A DNA stretch of 64,000 nt from Vulcanimicrobiales bacterium (GTDB lineage Bacteria > Vulcanimicrobiota > Vulcanimicrobiia > Vulcanimicrobiales > Vulcanimicrobiaceae): positions 64,001 to 128,000 of the forward strand of contig JBBRLI010000002.1 of assembly GCA_038231455.1 (NCBI GenBank). The letters run 5' to 3'. Positions within the stretch are counted from its first letter, which is position 1, and every line of letters begins with the position of its first letter. The notes beneath the pieces were generated by a model, which was not told the DNA's origin, did no database searches, and worked only from the letters and a program-made list of their open reading frames with translations. A program made the translations under genes and the position numbers. Of the stretch, positions 1-9,586 are shown in pieces.

Positions 1-389
1 ACGATATCGGCAAAATCGCAACGCCCGACCACATCTTGCTCAAGCCCGGCGCCCTCGACGCCCAGGAATGGGTCACGATGCGCGAACACGCCGGTCACGG
101 CGAGACGATCCTCAACCGCTTCCCCTCGCTGCAAGATTACGCGCACATCGTTGGCGCGCATCACGAGCACTACGACGGCACGGGCTATCCGCGCGGCCTT
201 GGGGGCGATTCCATTCCGCTCGGCGCGCGCGTCGTCGCCGTGGCCGACGGGTATCACGCCATGATCAGCACGCGTCCGTATCGCTCGGCGATGACCTCGA
301 ATGAAGCCTTGGTCCATCTGGTGGCCGGAGGCGGGACTGTTTGGGATCCGACGATCGTCAAGCACATGGTGGCGCTGGTCGCCGCTTAG
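1..389 (+). CDS. HD-GYP domain phosphodiesterase (5'-truncated by window edge)
   Basis: Frame open from position 3: DIGKIATPDHILLKPG...HHEHYDGTGYP...ARVVAVAD; HD-GYP motifs. Confidence 0.9.
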   Translation, partial: DIGKIATPDHILLKPGALDAQEWVTMREHAGHGETILNRFPSLQDYAHIVGAHHEHYDGTGYPRGLGGDSIPLGARVVAVADGYHAMISTRPYRSAMTSNEALVHLVAGGGTVWDPTIVKHMVALVAA

Positions 390-766
390 GCCTCTTCGCT
401 GCGGCGTGCTCCAAAGATGAAGAGGCCGAGTAAGATCGCGTTGAGCGGCATCGGGCCGAGGGTCTTCCACGAGACGATCGCGTTCCCGCGGCTCATCTCG
501 AGCAGCGGCAAGACGATTGCGAAAAGCTGGTCGAGGGCGAAGAGCCACAGCAACACCCGATAGCGCGGGAGGTTGCGGTAGGCGACGACGTAGAGCAGCC
601 CGACGATGAGGTATTCGCCGCCGGCGATCGTGGTATGAGCCGGGTCCTTCGTGGGTACGTCCAGGACGGGTCCTAGGAGGCTCTGGAAGAACCAGCAAAA
701 AATCGCGATTCCGATATCGCCGACGGCGCCGACAATCAGCGCTACGCGTAAGATCTTCGTTTTCAA
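386..766 (-). CDS. small integral membrane protein, hypothetical
   Basis: About four hydrophobic segments; likely TTG start at 766 preceded by GAGGT, rather than the track start at 901. Confidence 0.65.
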   Translation of the reverse strand: MKTKILRVALIVGAVGDIGIAIFCWFFQSLLGPVLDVPTKDPAHTTIAGGEYLIVGLLYVVAYRNLPRYRVLLWLFALDQLFAIVLPLLEMSRGNAIVSWKTLGPMPLNAILLGLFIFGARRSEEA

Positions 767-867
767 ATGGTACCTCGGGGAGTCGTGTTTCGCCAAAAGA
801 ACGCCGGATTGTTGAACTGCTCGAGAATTCGCCGCTCGTCCTGATCGAATGGGACGGGCAGCTTCGC

Positions 868-3189
868 GTGTCCCGCTGGTCACCGCAAGCCGAAGCGACA
901 TTTGGTTATGCGGAGTCGGACGTGATCGGTAAACGCGGGGTGGAGTTCGGATTTGTCCACCCGGGCGACCGTGCGGCGATCGACGAGATCGACGACGCGC
1001 TCTTCCACGGACGGACCGAACGCGTCGTAAGTTCCAATCGCAACGTTGCAGCCGACGGCCGCGTGCTGTATTGCGACTGGTATAATTCGGCCGTTTATGA
1101 TGATGCCGGCACGCTCCAAACGGTGCTCTCGCTCATCCACGACGTGACGGATCGCGTGCGCGGAGAGGCCGAACGCGCCGAACTCCTCACGCATTACCGA
1201 TTTCTCGCCGACGCCGTCCCGGAGATTCTGTGGAGTTGCCGCCCCGACGGCTGGCCCGACTATTTCAACCTCACGGCCGAACGCTATACCGGACTCAGCG
1301 ACCAGCAGATTCGTGAAAACGGCTATTACACGCTGGTTCATCCGGACGATGTCGCCGAACTTCAACTGGCCTGGGAAGCGCACGTGGACGAGCCGCGTGC
1401 GTTTGAAAATCATTATCGCTTACGCCGACACGATGGAACGTATCGCTGGCAACTCGCGCGCGCGAAGCCTCTCATCGTCGACGGCGTCGTGGTGAAGTGG
1501 TTCGGCACGTGCACCGATGTCGACGATCAGCGCAAGATCACCGACCGCAGTCTGCTGATCGCCGAGGCTTCAAACGCCCTTGCCTCCTCGCTCAACACCA
1601 AGACGCTCGCGCGCACGATCGCGCGTTTGCCGATTCCGAGTTTTGCCGATTGGTGTAAAGTCGATTTGATCGTCGAGGACGGGCGAATCCGAACGGCCGC
1701 AATCGCACATCGTGACACGATTCGCGAAGCCGGCGCACAGGCGCTTGTCGGCACGACGCATCTCGATCCGCGGGCGACGAGCGGGGTGCCGGCGGTGATG
1801 CGATCCGGTTACGCACATTTGGCCGATACGAACGACAGTGATTTTCTCGGTGAAGTGAGTACGGAGTTACGCGCGGCGTACGATGGCCTCGGGCAGCCGC
1901 ACTCGCTCATCATCGCGCCGCTGCGCGCGCGCGGCCGCACGCTTGGCACGATTTCGTTCGTGCTCGGCGACTCGGGGCGGCTTTTTACGGATGAAGACGT
2001 CTCTTTTGCCGAAGATCTCGCACTGCGTTCCGCCGTCGCGCTCGACAACGCCCAGCTCTTCGAGCGCGAACACCGTGTCGCCGATACGCTTCAGCGCGCA
2101 ATGCTCCCGACGAATTTACCCGTCGTCGACGGGATGAAATTTTCATCGGCCTACTCGCCTGCGGCGGCTGAATCCGAAGTCGGCGGCGATTGGTTCGACG
2201 CATTTCCGCTAGCCGACGGGCGGATCGCGGTCAGTATCGGAGATGTCACCGGGCACGGCCTGACGGCAGCGGTAATCATGGGCGAAGTTCGCCAGTCGAT
2301 TCGCGCATCGGCAATGGTCGATAGCAATCCCGCGCTCGTGTTGCAGCGCGCAAATCAGCTGCTTTTATTGCACGAATCCGCCTCGATCGTCACCGGGATC
2401 TTCGGTGTCGTCGATCCGAAAAAGCAGACGTTTACGTATGCAAGCGCAGGACATCCGCCGCCGCTCGTCACGCGGGACGGCGCAGTGTGGGCGCTCGAGA
2501 CGGCGGGGTTGCCGCTCGGACTCCGCGGGCCGGACGATGAAATTTCATTTACCACATACCTTGGCCCCGGTTGTATGCTCGTGCTTTATACGGATGGGCT
2601 GATCGAATTCAGTCGCGATCTCTACGCCGGTGAAGCAGCGCTGCGCGCAGCGGTCTCGGAAGAATCGCTCATGCAGCGAGACGATCCGGCTGCCTCGATC
2701 GCGCGTCGGGTTCTTGCAAAACACGCACAGTCGGATGACATCGCGATCTTAGCGGTGCGTTTCGATCCGCTTCCGACCGACCTCACGTGGCACTTGGCCA
2801 AAGGCGATATGCCTGCCGCACAGCTGTTGCGCCGGCAGATCGCGAAGCTCGTGCGCACGTATACAAGCGACCTCGAACAGATCGCCGCAAGCGAAGTCGT
2901 GGTCGGCGAATTGCTTGCGAACACCGTGGAACATGCGCCACATGGTGTGGACGTGCATCTCGACTGGCGCGATCGGTATCCGCGCCTGATCATCGGCGAT
3001 CTGGGCGAAGGCGTGCGCGCGCGGCCGATTCTGCCGACGGATCCTTTGAGCGAACGCGGCCGCGGGCAGTTCATCATCGGGCATCTCGCTCGCTCGTTTG
3101 AGATTCGCACCGACGAACATGGTCGAACGATCTACGACGTCGTTCTCAACTGCGAGCGCGAAATCGTTACGGAGTCGGCGCCAGCGTAA
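868..3189 (+). CDS. PAS-PAS-GAF-PP2C(SpoIIE)-HATPase signalling phosphatase
   Basis: Two PAS/PAC repeats (VHPGD, VHPDD), GAF (LRARGRTLG), PP2C (VGGDWFD, GDVTGHG, LYTDGL, DDIA), C-terminal RsbW-like HATPase (GELLAN, ERGRG). True start probably lies upstream (see findings). Confidence 0.9.
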   Translation: MSRWSPQAEATFGYAESDVIGKRGVEFGFVHPGDRAAIDEIDDALFHGRTERVVSSNRNVAADGRVLYCDWYNSAVYDDAGTLQTVLSLIHDVTDRVRGEAERAELLTHYRFLADAVPEILWSCRPDGWPDYFNLTAERYTGLSDQQIRENGYYTLVHPDDVAELQLAWEAHVDEPRAFENHYRLRRHDGTYRWQLARAKPLIVDGVVVKWFGTCTDVDDQRKITDRSLLIAEASNALASSLNTKTLARTIARLPIPSFADWCKVDLIVEDGRIRTAAIAHRDTIREAGAQALVGTTHLDPRATSGVPAVMRSGYAHLADTNDSDFLGEVSTELRAAYDGLGQPHSLIIAPLRARGRTLGTISFVLGDSGRLFTDEDVSFAEDLALRSAVALDNAQLFEREHRVADTLQRAMLPTNLPVVDGMKFSSAYSPAAAESEVGGDWFDAFPLADGRIAVSIGDVTGHGLTAAVIMGEVRQSIRASAMVDSNPALVLQRANQLLLLHESASIVTGIFGVVDPKKQTFTYASAGHPPPLVTRDGAVWALETAGLPLGLRGPDDEISFTTYLGPGCMLVLYTDGLIEFSRDLYAGEAALRAAVSEESLMQRDDPAASIARRVLAKHAQSDDIAILAVRFDPLPTDLTWHLAKGDMPAAQLLRRQIAKLVRTYTSDLEQIAASEVVVGELLANTVEHAPHGVDVHLDWRDRYPRLIIGDLGEGVRARPILPTDPLSERGRGQFIIGHLARSFEIRTDEHGRTIYDVVLNCEREIVTESAPA

Positions 3190-4936
3190 CGATCGGCGCA
3201 CGCGCCTCGACGGTGTCGCCGGCTTTGACGTGAACGTTTTCGATCGTCCCGGCTTTATGGGCGCGAATTTCGTTCATCATTTTCATCGCCTCGATCACGG
3301 CGACGACCTGACCCTCGGCAACGAGCGCACCGTTTGCGGCGCTAACTTCGACGACGACGCCGTGCATCGGTGATACGACATCGTTCCCTTGCGGGGCTTG
3401 CGCTTTTCGCGTTCCGCCTTTGACGATCGATTTTGCAGCGCCGGTGGGGCGCGCGGTAGCGATGCCGGATGGGAGATCGATGAAGCGCACGCGGAAGAGC
3501 TTGTCGTTGACTTCGACGCGGATCGGTTCGCTCGGCGCGGGCGCGGCCGCGGACTCTTCGGATGGGACGTTGCCGCTAGCCGTCGTGCGCGCTGCCGCGA
3601 ACGGTTCGAGCGTTGCCGTTCCATAGCTCGCATCGAGAACGGGCGCGAAGTCGGCGAGCTCGCGCAAGAGCGAGCGCGTCGTTGGAACGCCTTCGACGAT
3701 GTATTCGTCGATAGCGCGGCGCAGACGTTCGAGCGATTCATCGCGCGTACGTCCCCAAACGATGAGTTTAGCAATCATCGAGTCGTAGTCGGGGGTGATC
3801 GCAAAACCGGTCGACGCGGCGGAGTCGACGCGCACGCCGAAACCCGCAGGCTCGCGATACGCGGTAATCGTACCGGGAGCCGGCCGGAAGTTGTGCGCGG
3901 GATCTTCGGCGTTGATGCGCACTTCGATCGAATGACCGCGAAAGTCGATCTGCGGTTGTGCGAATGTCAGCGGCCGACCGGCAGCGACGAGAATTTGCTC
4001 GCGCACAAGATCGATGCCGGAGATCATTTCGCTCACGGTGTGCTCGACTTGAATGCGCGTGTTCATCTCGAGGAAGAAGAACTCATTACCCGCGACCAGG
4101 CACTCGATCGTGCCGACACTATCGTATGCGATGGCTTTCGCCGCAGCGATGCCCGCCGCGCGTAAACCTTCGCGAACGTGATCGGAGATGAGCGCGGGCG
4201 CCTCTTCCCAAACTTTTTGATGGCGACGCTGCAGCGAACAGTCGCGCTCGCCAATATGCACGACGTTGCCGTATTTGTCGGCGAGGATCTGCAGTTCGAT
4301 GTGCTTGGGATTATCGAGATACCGTTCGGCGTAGATCGTGCCGTTGTTAAAATAGGCGGTCGCCTCACGCTGGGCGGTCGTGAACGCGGATTCGACATCC
4401 TCGAGCGTCCGTGCGACTTTGAGGCCTTTGCCGCCTCCGCCGCCCGAGGCTTTGAGAGCCAGCGGTAAACCGAACTGTGCGGCGGCCTTGCGTGCGCCGG
4501 CGCCATCGAGGATCGGTTCGGTTCCGCCCGGGACGACCGGGACGCCCGCTTTGATCATCGCTTGGCGCGCGCGGACTTTGTCGCCCATCGCATCGATTGC
4601 AGCGGGCGTCGGCCCGATCCACGTCATGCCCGCATCGATCACCGCCTGAGCGAATGACGCGTTTTCGGCGAAAAAACCGTAGCCGGGATGAATGGCATCG
4701 GCGCCGGCGCGCTTGGCGACCTCGAGAATTTTGTCGCGATTGAGATAGCTCTGCGCGGGCGGCGCCGGGCCGAGTAAATAGGCCTCGTCGGCAAGCGAGA
4801 CGTGCCGGGCGTCGCGATCGACTTCCGAGTAGACGGCGACGGTTTTGATGCCGAGTTCGCGCGCGCTGCGCATGATGCGGATCGCGATCTCGCCGCGATT
4901 CGCGACGAGCATTTTGCGAAACGGTGCCTCAGCCAC
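3167..4936 (-). CDS. accC: acyl-CoA carboxylase alpha subunit (biotin carboxylase fused to biotin carboxyl carrier domain)
   Basis: ANRGEIA, HPGYGF, GGGGKG, RDCSLQRRHQK, EMNTRIQVEH and C-terminal EAMKM biotinylation motif; GTG at 4936 overlaps the upstream stop (GTGGCTGA). Confidence 0.93.
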   Translation of the reverse strand: MAEAPFRKMLVANRGEIAIRIMRSARELGIKTVAVYSEVDRDARHVSLADEAYLLGPAPPAQSYLNRDKILEVAKRAGADAIHPGYGFFAENASFAQAVIDAGMTWIGPTPAAIDAMGDKVRARQAMIKAGVPVVPGGTEPILDGAGARKAAAQFGLPLALKASGGGGGKGLKVARTLEDVESAFTTAQREATAYFNNGTIYAERYLDNPKHIELQILADKYGNVVHIGERDCSLQRRHQKVWEEAPALISDHVREGLRAAGIAAAKAIAYDSVGTIECLVAGNEFFFLEMNTRIQVEHTVSEMISGIDLVREQILVAAGRPLTFAQPQIDFRGHSIEVRINAEDPAHNFRPAPGTITAYREPAGFGVRVDSAASTGFAITPDYDSMIAKLIVWGRTRDESLERLRRAIDEYIVEGVPTTRSLLRELADFAPVLDASYGTATLEPFAAARTTASGNVPSEESAAAPAPSEPIRVEVNDKLFRVRFIDLPSGIATARPTGAAKSIVKGGTRKAQAPQGNDVVSPMHGVVVEVSAANGALVAEGQVVAVIEAMKMMNEIRAHKAGTIENVHVKAGDTVEARAPIVTLAPTP

Positions 4937-5123
4937 GAAGACGTCCGTGCATCGCCCAGAGCGATGTCGAGCGCGCGGCCGCACGCGTATTGGCGGCGTC
5001 GCTTGTGTGGATGCGAGCGGCGATGCGCCACGGTGCCATGCTTCGTGTTTCCTCGCGAGCGGATTGCGTTTGGAGGAGTGCGGTTGCTGCTGCGATTACC
5101 GCGGCCAGTTCATCATCGGTCAT
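4929..5123 (-). CDS. putative acyl-CoA carboxylase epsilon (AccE-like) small subunit
   Basis: 64 aa, MTDDELAAVIAA...W..AAR...W..HGR; coupled by ATGA and GTGGCTGA overlaps between the hydrolase and the carboxylase. Confidence 0.6.
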   Translation of the reverse strand: MTDDELAAVIAAATALLQTQSAREETRSMAPWRIAARIHTSDAANTRAAARSTSLWAMHGRLRG

Positions 5124-6532
5124 GCGATTTCGCTTGGGGTCGTGACGGTGCGTGGGGCATGCGTCTCGCGTTTGTCGATGCTGGCGACGAGCCGATCGAA
5201 TGCCGCCCACGCAAACGGCGCTTGCGCTTGCAGCCCGTACCCGAAAGCCGCAAACGTATCGACATGGGTGCCGCCTTGCACGAGGAAGAGTTGGTGAAGC
5301 GCGGATTTTCTCGCGGCGGCGATCGCACGAACGTAGGTGTGTGCGTTGTTCTCCGGGGTGATAAAGGCGTCGTGCGTTCCGGCGATCGAGACAAGTGGTT
5401 TTTCGATCGCGCCGCTATGCGCGAAACGTTTGATCGCCGTGCGTCCGGCCGCTGAGACGATGTAGTTCGCTCGATTCTCCGCAAGCGCCAAGCCGGTACC
5501 CGTGCAAGCAACGGGGAGACGCGGATTTGCATCGGGCGTGCACGGCGCCGGGCCAAACGCCGCGGTAGCCTCGGGGTCGACGAGTTGCGCGTACGCATAG
5601 ACGGTGAGGTCGGCGTAATACGGTGGGACGTTGGAATAGTATTCGCCGTAGAGCGAGCGATGTGCGTGGTCCGCTTGTACGACGTCGCGTGGAAATCCGA
5701 ACTTCACGAGTCGATCGACTAGCGTCGTGTCGCGGTACTCGCTGCGAAGATAGTCGGGCATCAGTTTGAGAAACGGCGGGAAGTAGTCGAGAAAGCTTTG
5801 CTCGGGCGACCAGTAGACGCCGGCCCATTCAACACCGCCGTCGACGAGTTCGGGATGGCGCTCGAGCAACGTGCGCACTTGCGCGCCGCCGTTCGAGAGT
5901 CCAACGGCATACGTGTGTTTTGGCGCAGCGTGATTGGCTTTGAGGACGTCTTTTGCGTGCAACACCAGGCGCCGGTAGCTTTCGTTCCAGTCTTGGATCG
6001 GCACGGGTTTTGGTTCGAGCAGACCGAGGCGAATGACGAGTCCTTTGCTTGCAAGGCCGGCTGCTTCGAAGGGGATCGGATATGCGGCACGGGGTGCGGG
6101 CGTCGCGGCCGCGGCCTCGACGACAGCGTTGTAGGGAACGCCCTTGTTGCCTGAGGCAAACGCGTAGCCGCGGGCGAGTGCGAATTCGCCCCAGATGAGA
6201 TCGTTTGCATACGCACTGCGCGTCGCGGGCGTTCCGGCAACGATGAGCGATCCGTTCCACGCATCGGGAACGCGAATCACGGAGGCGTCAGCCGGAACGT
6301 CGTTTGTGTAAATTCGGCCGGGGATCGGAGTCTTTGCGGGCGTTATCGTCGTCGGCATCAGCAGCGCTTTGGCATCGCCGGCCGGATCGAAACCGGGGCG
6401 TTTTTCCGGCAGCGGTGCATAGCCGAAACGCAGATCGGCGACATGGTCGCTCATGCTAGCAGCGATCGCGCGCGATGCCGTCAGGGTAAGTGCGCTCGCA
6501 GCGAGCGAGGCTGCGAACGTTCGGCGCTGCAC
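5120..6532 (-). CDS. Tat-exported alpha/beta hydrolase (tannase/feruloyl esterase or 3HB-oligomer hydrolase-like)
   Basis: MQRRTF signal peptide; GLSNGG nucleophile elbow; candidate triad Asp (GTHDAFI) and His (GTHVD). Confidence 0.75.
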   Translation of the reverse strand: MQRRTFAASLAASALTLTASRAIAASMSDHVADLRFGYAPLPEKRPGFDPAGDAKALLMPTTITPAKTPIPGRIYTNDVPADASVIRVPDAWNGSLIVAGTPATRSAYANDLIWGEFALARGYAFASGNKGVPYNAVVEAAAATPAPRAAYPIPFEAAGLASKGLVIRLGLLEPKPVPIQDWNESYRRLVLHAKDVLKANHAAPKHTYAVGLSNGGAQVRTLLERHPELVDGGVEWAGVYWSPEQSFLDYFPPFLKLMPDYLRSEYRDTTLVDRLVKFGFPRDVVQADHAHRSLYGEYYSNVPPYYADLTVYAYAQLVDPEATAAFGPAPCTPDANPRLPVACTGTGLALAENRANYIVSAAGRTAIKRFAHSGAIEKPLVSIAGTHDAFITPENNAHTYVRAIAAARKSALHQLFLVQGGTHVDTFAAFGYGLQAQAPFAWAAFDRLVASIDKRETHAPRTVTTPSEIA

Positions 6533-7327
6533 TTACGAGCCGGTCTCCGCGGGTTTGGGGAACATCCCCATCACGTGATACCCGCAGTCGACGAAGTGGA
6601 TGTCGGCGGTAATCGCTTTCGAGAGATTCGAGGCAAGATAGACGGCGAGGTTGCCGATGTCATCGCCCGTGATATTGCGTTTGAGCGGCGCGACGGATTC
6701 AACCATGTCCAGCATATGCTTGAGGTCTTTGACCTGACGCGAGCTTGCGGTTTTGATCGGGCCTGCGGAAATTCCATTGACGCGAATCCCGCGGTCGCCA
6801 AGATCGAAGGCGAGGTAGCGAACGATCGATTCGAGCGCGGCTTTTGCTATGCCGGCAATATTGTAGTTCGGCACGATCGCCGTTGCGCCGTAGTACGTAA
6901 GTGCCATCACGCTAGCGTTATCGCGTAGCTGCTCGCGCAGCGCTCCCACGAGCGCGATGAGCGAGAACGACGAGATGTCCATCGCAAGCGCGAAGCCGGC
7001 GCGCGAGGTATCGTAGACTTTTCCCATCAGGTCTTCTTTGTTGACGAAGGCAATCGAGTGGACGATGCCGTCGAGTCCGCCAAGATCACGCCCGACGTTT
7101 TCCGCCAGCGTCTTGAGCTCTGCATCCGAGGTGACGTCGCACGGATAGCATGGGCCGCCGCCGAGTTCTTTGGCCAGCTTCTCGACTTCGTCTCTGAGGC
7201 GCTCGCCCTGGTAGATGAATCCCAGTTTTGCGCCTTGCTCGGCCATCGCGCGGGCGATGAACGTCGCGATGGACCAGCGATTCGCCACCCCGGTGATGAG
7301 GATGGTCTTGCCTTCTAGTAGCTTCAC
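6533..7327 (-). CDS. fabI: enoyl-ACP reductase
   Basis: GVANRWSIA, HSIAF, YNIAGIAKAALE, ISAGPIKT; likely GTG start at 7327. Confidence 0.93.
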   Translation of the reverse strand: MKLLEGKTILITGVANRWSIATFIARAMAEQGAKLGFIYQGERLRDEVEKLAKELGGGPCYPCDVTSDAELKTLAENVGRDLGGLDGIVHSIAFVNKEDLMGKVYDTSRAGFALAMDISSFSLIALVGALREQLRDNASVMALTYYGATAIVPNYNIAGIAKAALESIVRYLAFDLGDRGIRVNGISAGPIKTASSRQVKDLKHMLDMVESVAPLKRNITGDDIGNLAVYLASNLSKAITADIHFVDCGYHVMGMFPKPAETGS

Positions 7328-7337
7328 GAATTGAGTG

Positions 7338-7724
7338 TTAAGGCGTCGCTCCTGGCGATGCCTGCGCCGCACCGGTGAGGGCGCGAACGACGCGGCCCCG
7401 GCCGGTTTGGTCGAGCTCCATCACCTCCGCGACGAGCGCTCCGTCCTCGCGGCGGTAGAGAATCGTCAAGATGCCGATTCCGACGAGGGCGTCGACAAAG
7501 GTGAACCGCAGCCCCGGCGTAGCGAGGCTGCGTTCGATATGCGCGCGGAGCCGGTCGGATCCGACCAGCCAACCCGAGGGGATGCCCCAACGCGTACGCA
7601 CACCCGGTGCGCAATACCGCACATCGTCTGTATAGCAGGCGACGATCGAATTGAGGTCGCCACGATTCCAAGCCGCGCACCAATCTTCGCCGATGCGACG
7701 CGCAGCAGAGGGATCGATGTTCAT
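7338..7724 (-). CDS. NTF2/SnoaL-like protein
   Basis: W..AWN.GDL..I...Y.DDV.Y pattern typical of SnoaL_2 domains. Confidence 0.75.
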   Translation of the reverse strand: MNIDPSAARRIGEDWCAAWNRGDLNSIVACYTDDVRYCAPGVRTRWGIPSGWLVGSDRLRAHIERSLATPGLRFTFVDALVGIGILTILYRREDGALVAEVMELDQTGRGRVVRALTGAAQASPGATP

Positions 7725-7966
7725 CGTTTCACGAGTGGAAACGCAACCCGGACATTTTCGAAGATCGCCCGGCGCCGTTCTGTTGGCCGAAGGATCGAAA
7801 CCGTCGTGAGCAAGGCCTTCGTATCGGTAAGAACGTGCGAACGTTCGTTAAGCGTGTAGATTGACATCGAGAACGATCAACGACGACGGAGATTCTGCCG
7901 CGTCGAGGAGGTTCTGGACGTTGTATAGCACAGGCGTTGAAGGCATCGTGATGTCAATTTTGCCTC

Positions 7967-9541
7967 CTAGAGCGGAATGTTGCCGTGTTTGCGATGGGGG
8001 CGCTCGACGCGTTTGTTTGCGAGCATCGTAAGGGCGCGGGACACGGCGCGGCGCGTTTGGCTTGCGGCGATCACGTCGTCGACGTATCCGCGCTGCGCTG
8101 CAATGAACGGGTTGGCGAAACGCTCGCTGTACTCGGCGACGAGTTCGTCGGTTTTCGCTTGCGGATCGAGCGCATCGGCGATGTCGCGGCGGAAGATCGT
8201 CTTCACGGCCCCTGCCGCGCCCATGACCGCGATTTCGGCCGTCGGCCAGGCAAGGTTCACGTCGGCCCGGATGTGCTTTGAGGCCATGACGTCATACGCG
8301 CCGCCGTACGCTTTGCGCGTGATGATCGTAATCTTGGGGACGGTCGCCTCGGCGAAGGCGTAGAGCAGCTTTGCACCGTGCTTGATAATGCCGCCGTACT
8401 CTTGCGTCGTGCCGGGTAGGAAGCCGGGGACATCGACGAAGGTCAGCAGCGGGATGTTGAATGCATCGCAAAAGCGCACGAACCGCGCGGCCTTTACGGA
8501 TGAATCGATGTCGAGCACGCCGGCGAGAAACTTCGGCTGATTCGCGACGATGCCGACCGACTTGCCGCCGACGCGACCGAAGCCAATCACGATGTTTTGC
8601 GCGAAAAGCGGCGCAATCTCAAAGAAGTCGCCGTCATCGAGTACGGGGCAGACGGCATCGAGAATATCATAAGGTTTGTTCGGCGAGTCGGGGATCACGC
8701 CGTCGAGTTCGCCCGCAACGCGCAGCGGATCGTCGTCGCTCGGCACTAGCGGCGGATCTTCCAGATTATTCTGCGGAATGAACGAGAGCAAACGTCGTGT
8801 TTGTTCGTTCATGTCGTCTTCGTCGGTTGCGGTGAGATGTGCGACGCCGGACTTGGTGGCGTGCGTCATCGCGCCGCCGAGTTCTTCGAAGCTCACATCC
8901 TCGCCGGTGACCGTCTTGATGATTTCGGGTCCGGTGATGAACATCTGCGAGATTTTCTCGACCATGATCGTAAAGTCGGTAATCGCGGGCGAATAGACCG
9001 CGCCACCCGCACACGGTCCGGCGATCAGCGAAAGCTGCGGAACGACACCGCTGGCCTGCACGTTGCGCCAGAAAATTTCTGCATACCCGCCGAGGCTCAC
9101 GACGCCTTCCTGGATGCGCGCTCCACCCGAATCGTTGATGCCAATCATCGGCGAACCGGTGCGCACGGCTAGGTCCATGACTTTGCAAATTTTCTCAGCG
9201 AAGACTTCGCCCAGCGATCCGCCGAGCACGGTGAAATCTTGCGAGAAGAGGAAGACCTGGCGCCCGTCGATCGTGGCGTGACCGGTGACGACACCGTCGC
9301 CTAAGAACGGCCGTTCATCGAGTCCAAATGCGGTGGATCGGTGGACCGCAAAGCGATCCATCTCAACAAACGAGTCGGGATCGACCAGCGCATCGACACG
9401 CTCGCGCGCCGTCCGCTTCCCACGTTCGCGCTGGCGGTCGTTTGCCGCCTCGCCCGCGGGGGCGAGGGATTCCGTGCGCATGGCGTCCAGGCGCGCGTAG
9501 GCTTTATCGTGCGGCGAGAGCGGCTCGGTTGGCGTCGACAT
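7967..9541 (-). CDS. pccB: acyl-CoA (propionyl-CoA type) carboxyltransferase beta subunit
   Basis: GDGVVTG, DSGGARIQEG, GPCAGGAVYSPA, DVPGFLPG, RKAYGGAY, C-terminal RKHGNIPL. Confidence 0.95.
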   Translation of the reverse strand: MSTPTEPLSPHDKAYARLDAMRTESLAPAGEAANDRQRERGKRTARERVDALVDPDSFVEMDRFAVHRSTAFGLDERPFLGDGVVTGHATIDGRQVFLFSQDFTVLGGSLGEVFAEKICKVMDLAVRTGSPMIGINDSGGARIQEGVVSLGGYAEIFWRNVQASGVVPQLSLIAGPCAGGAVYSPAITDFTIMVEKISQMFITGPEIIKTVTGEDVSFEELGGAMTHATKSGVAHLTATDEDDMNEQTRRLLSFIPQNNLEDPPLVPSDDDPLRVAGELDGVIPDSPNKPYDILDAVCPVLDDGDFFEIAPLFAQNIVIGFGRVGGKSVGIVANQPKFLAGVLDIDSSVKAARFVRFCDAFNIPLLTFVDVPGFLPGTTQEYGGIIKHGAKLLYAFAEATVPKITIITRKAYGGAYDVMASKHIRADVNLAWPTAEIAVMGAAGAVKTIFRRDIADALDPQAKTDELVAEYSERFANPFIAAQRGYVDDVIAASQTRRAVSRALTMLANKRVERPHRKHGNIPL

Positions 9542-9586
9542 GCGATGCGTCTTCGCAAAGGGGATGACGGCGCCCCGCGCCCATCG

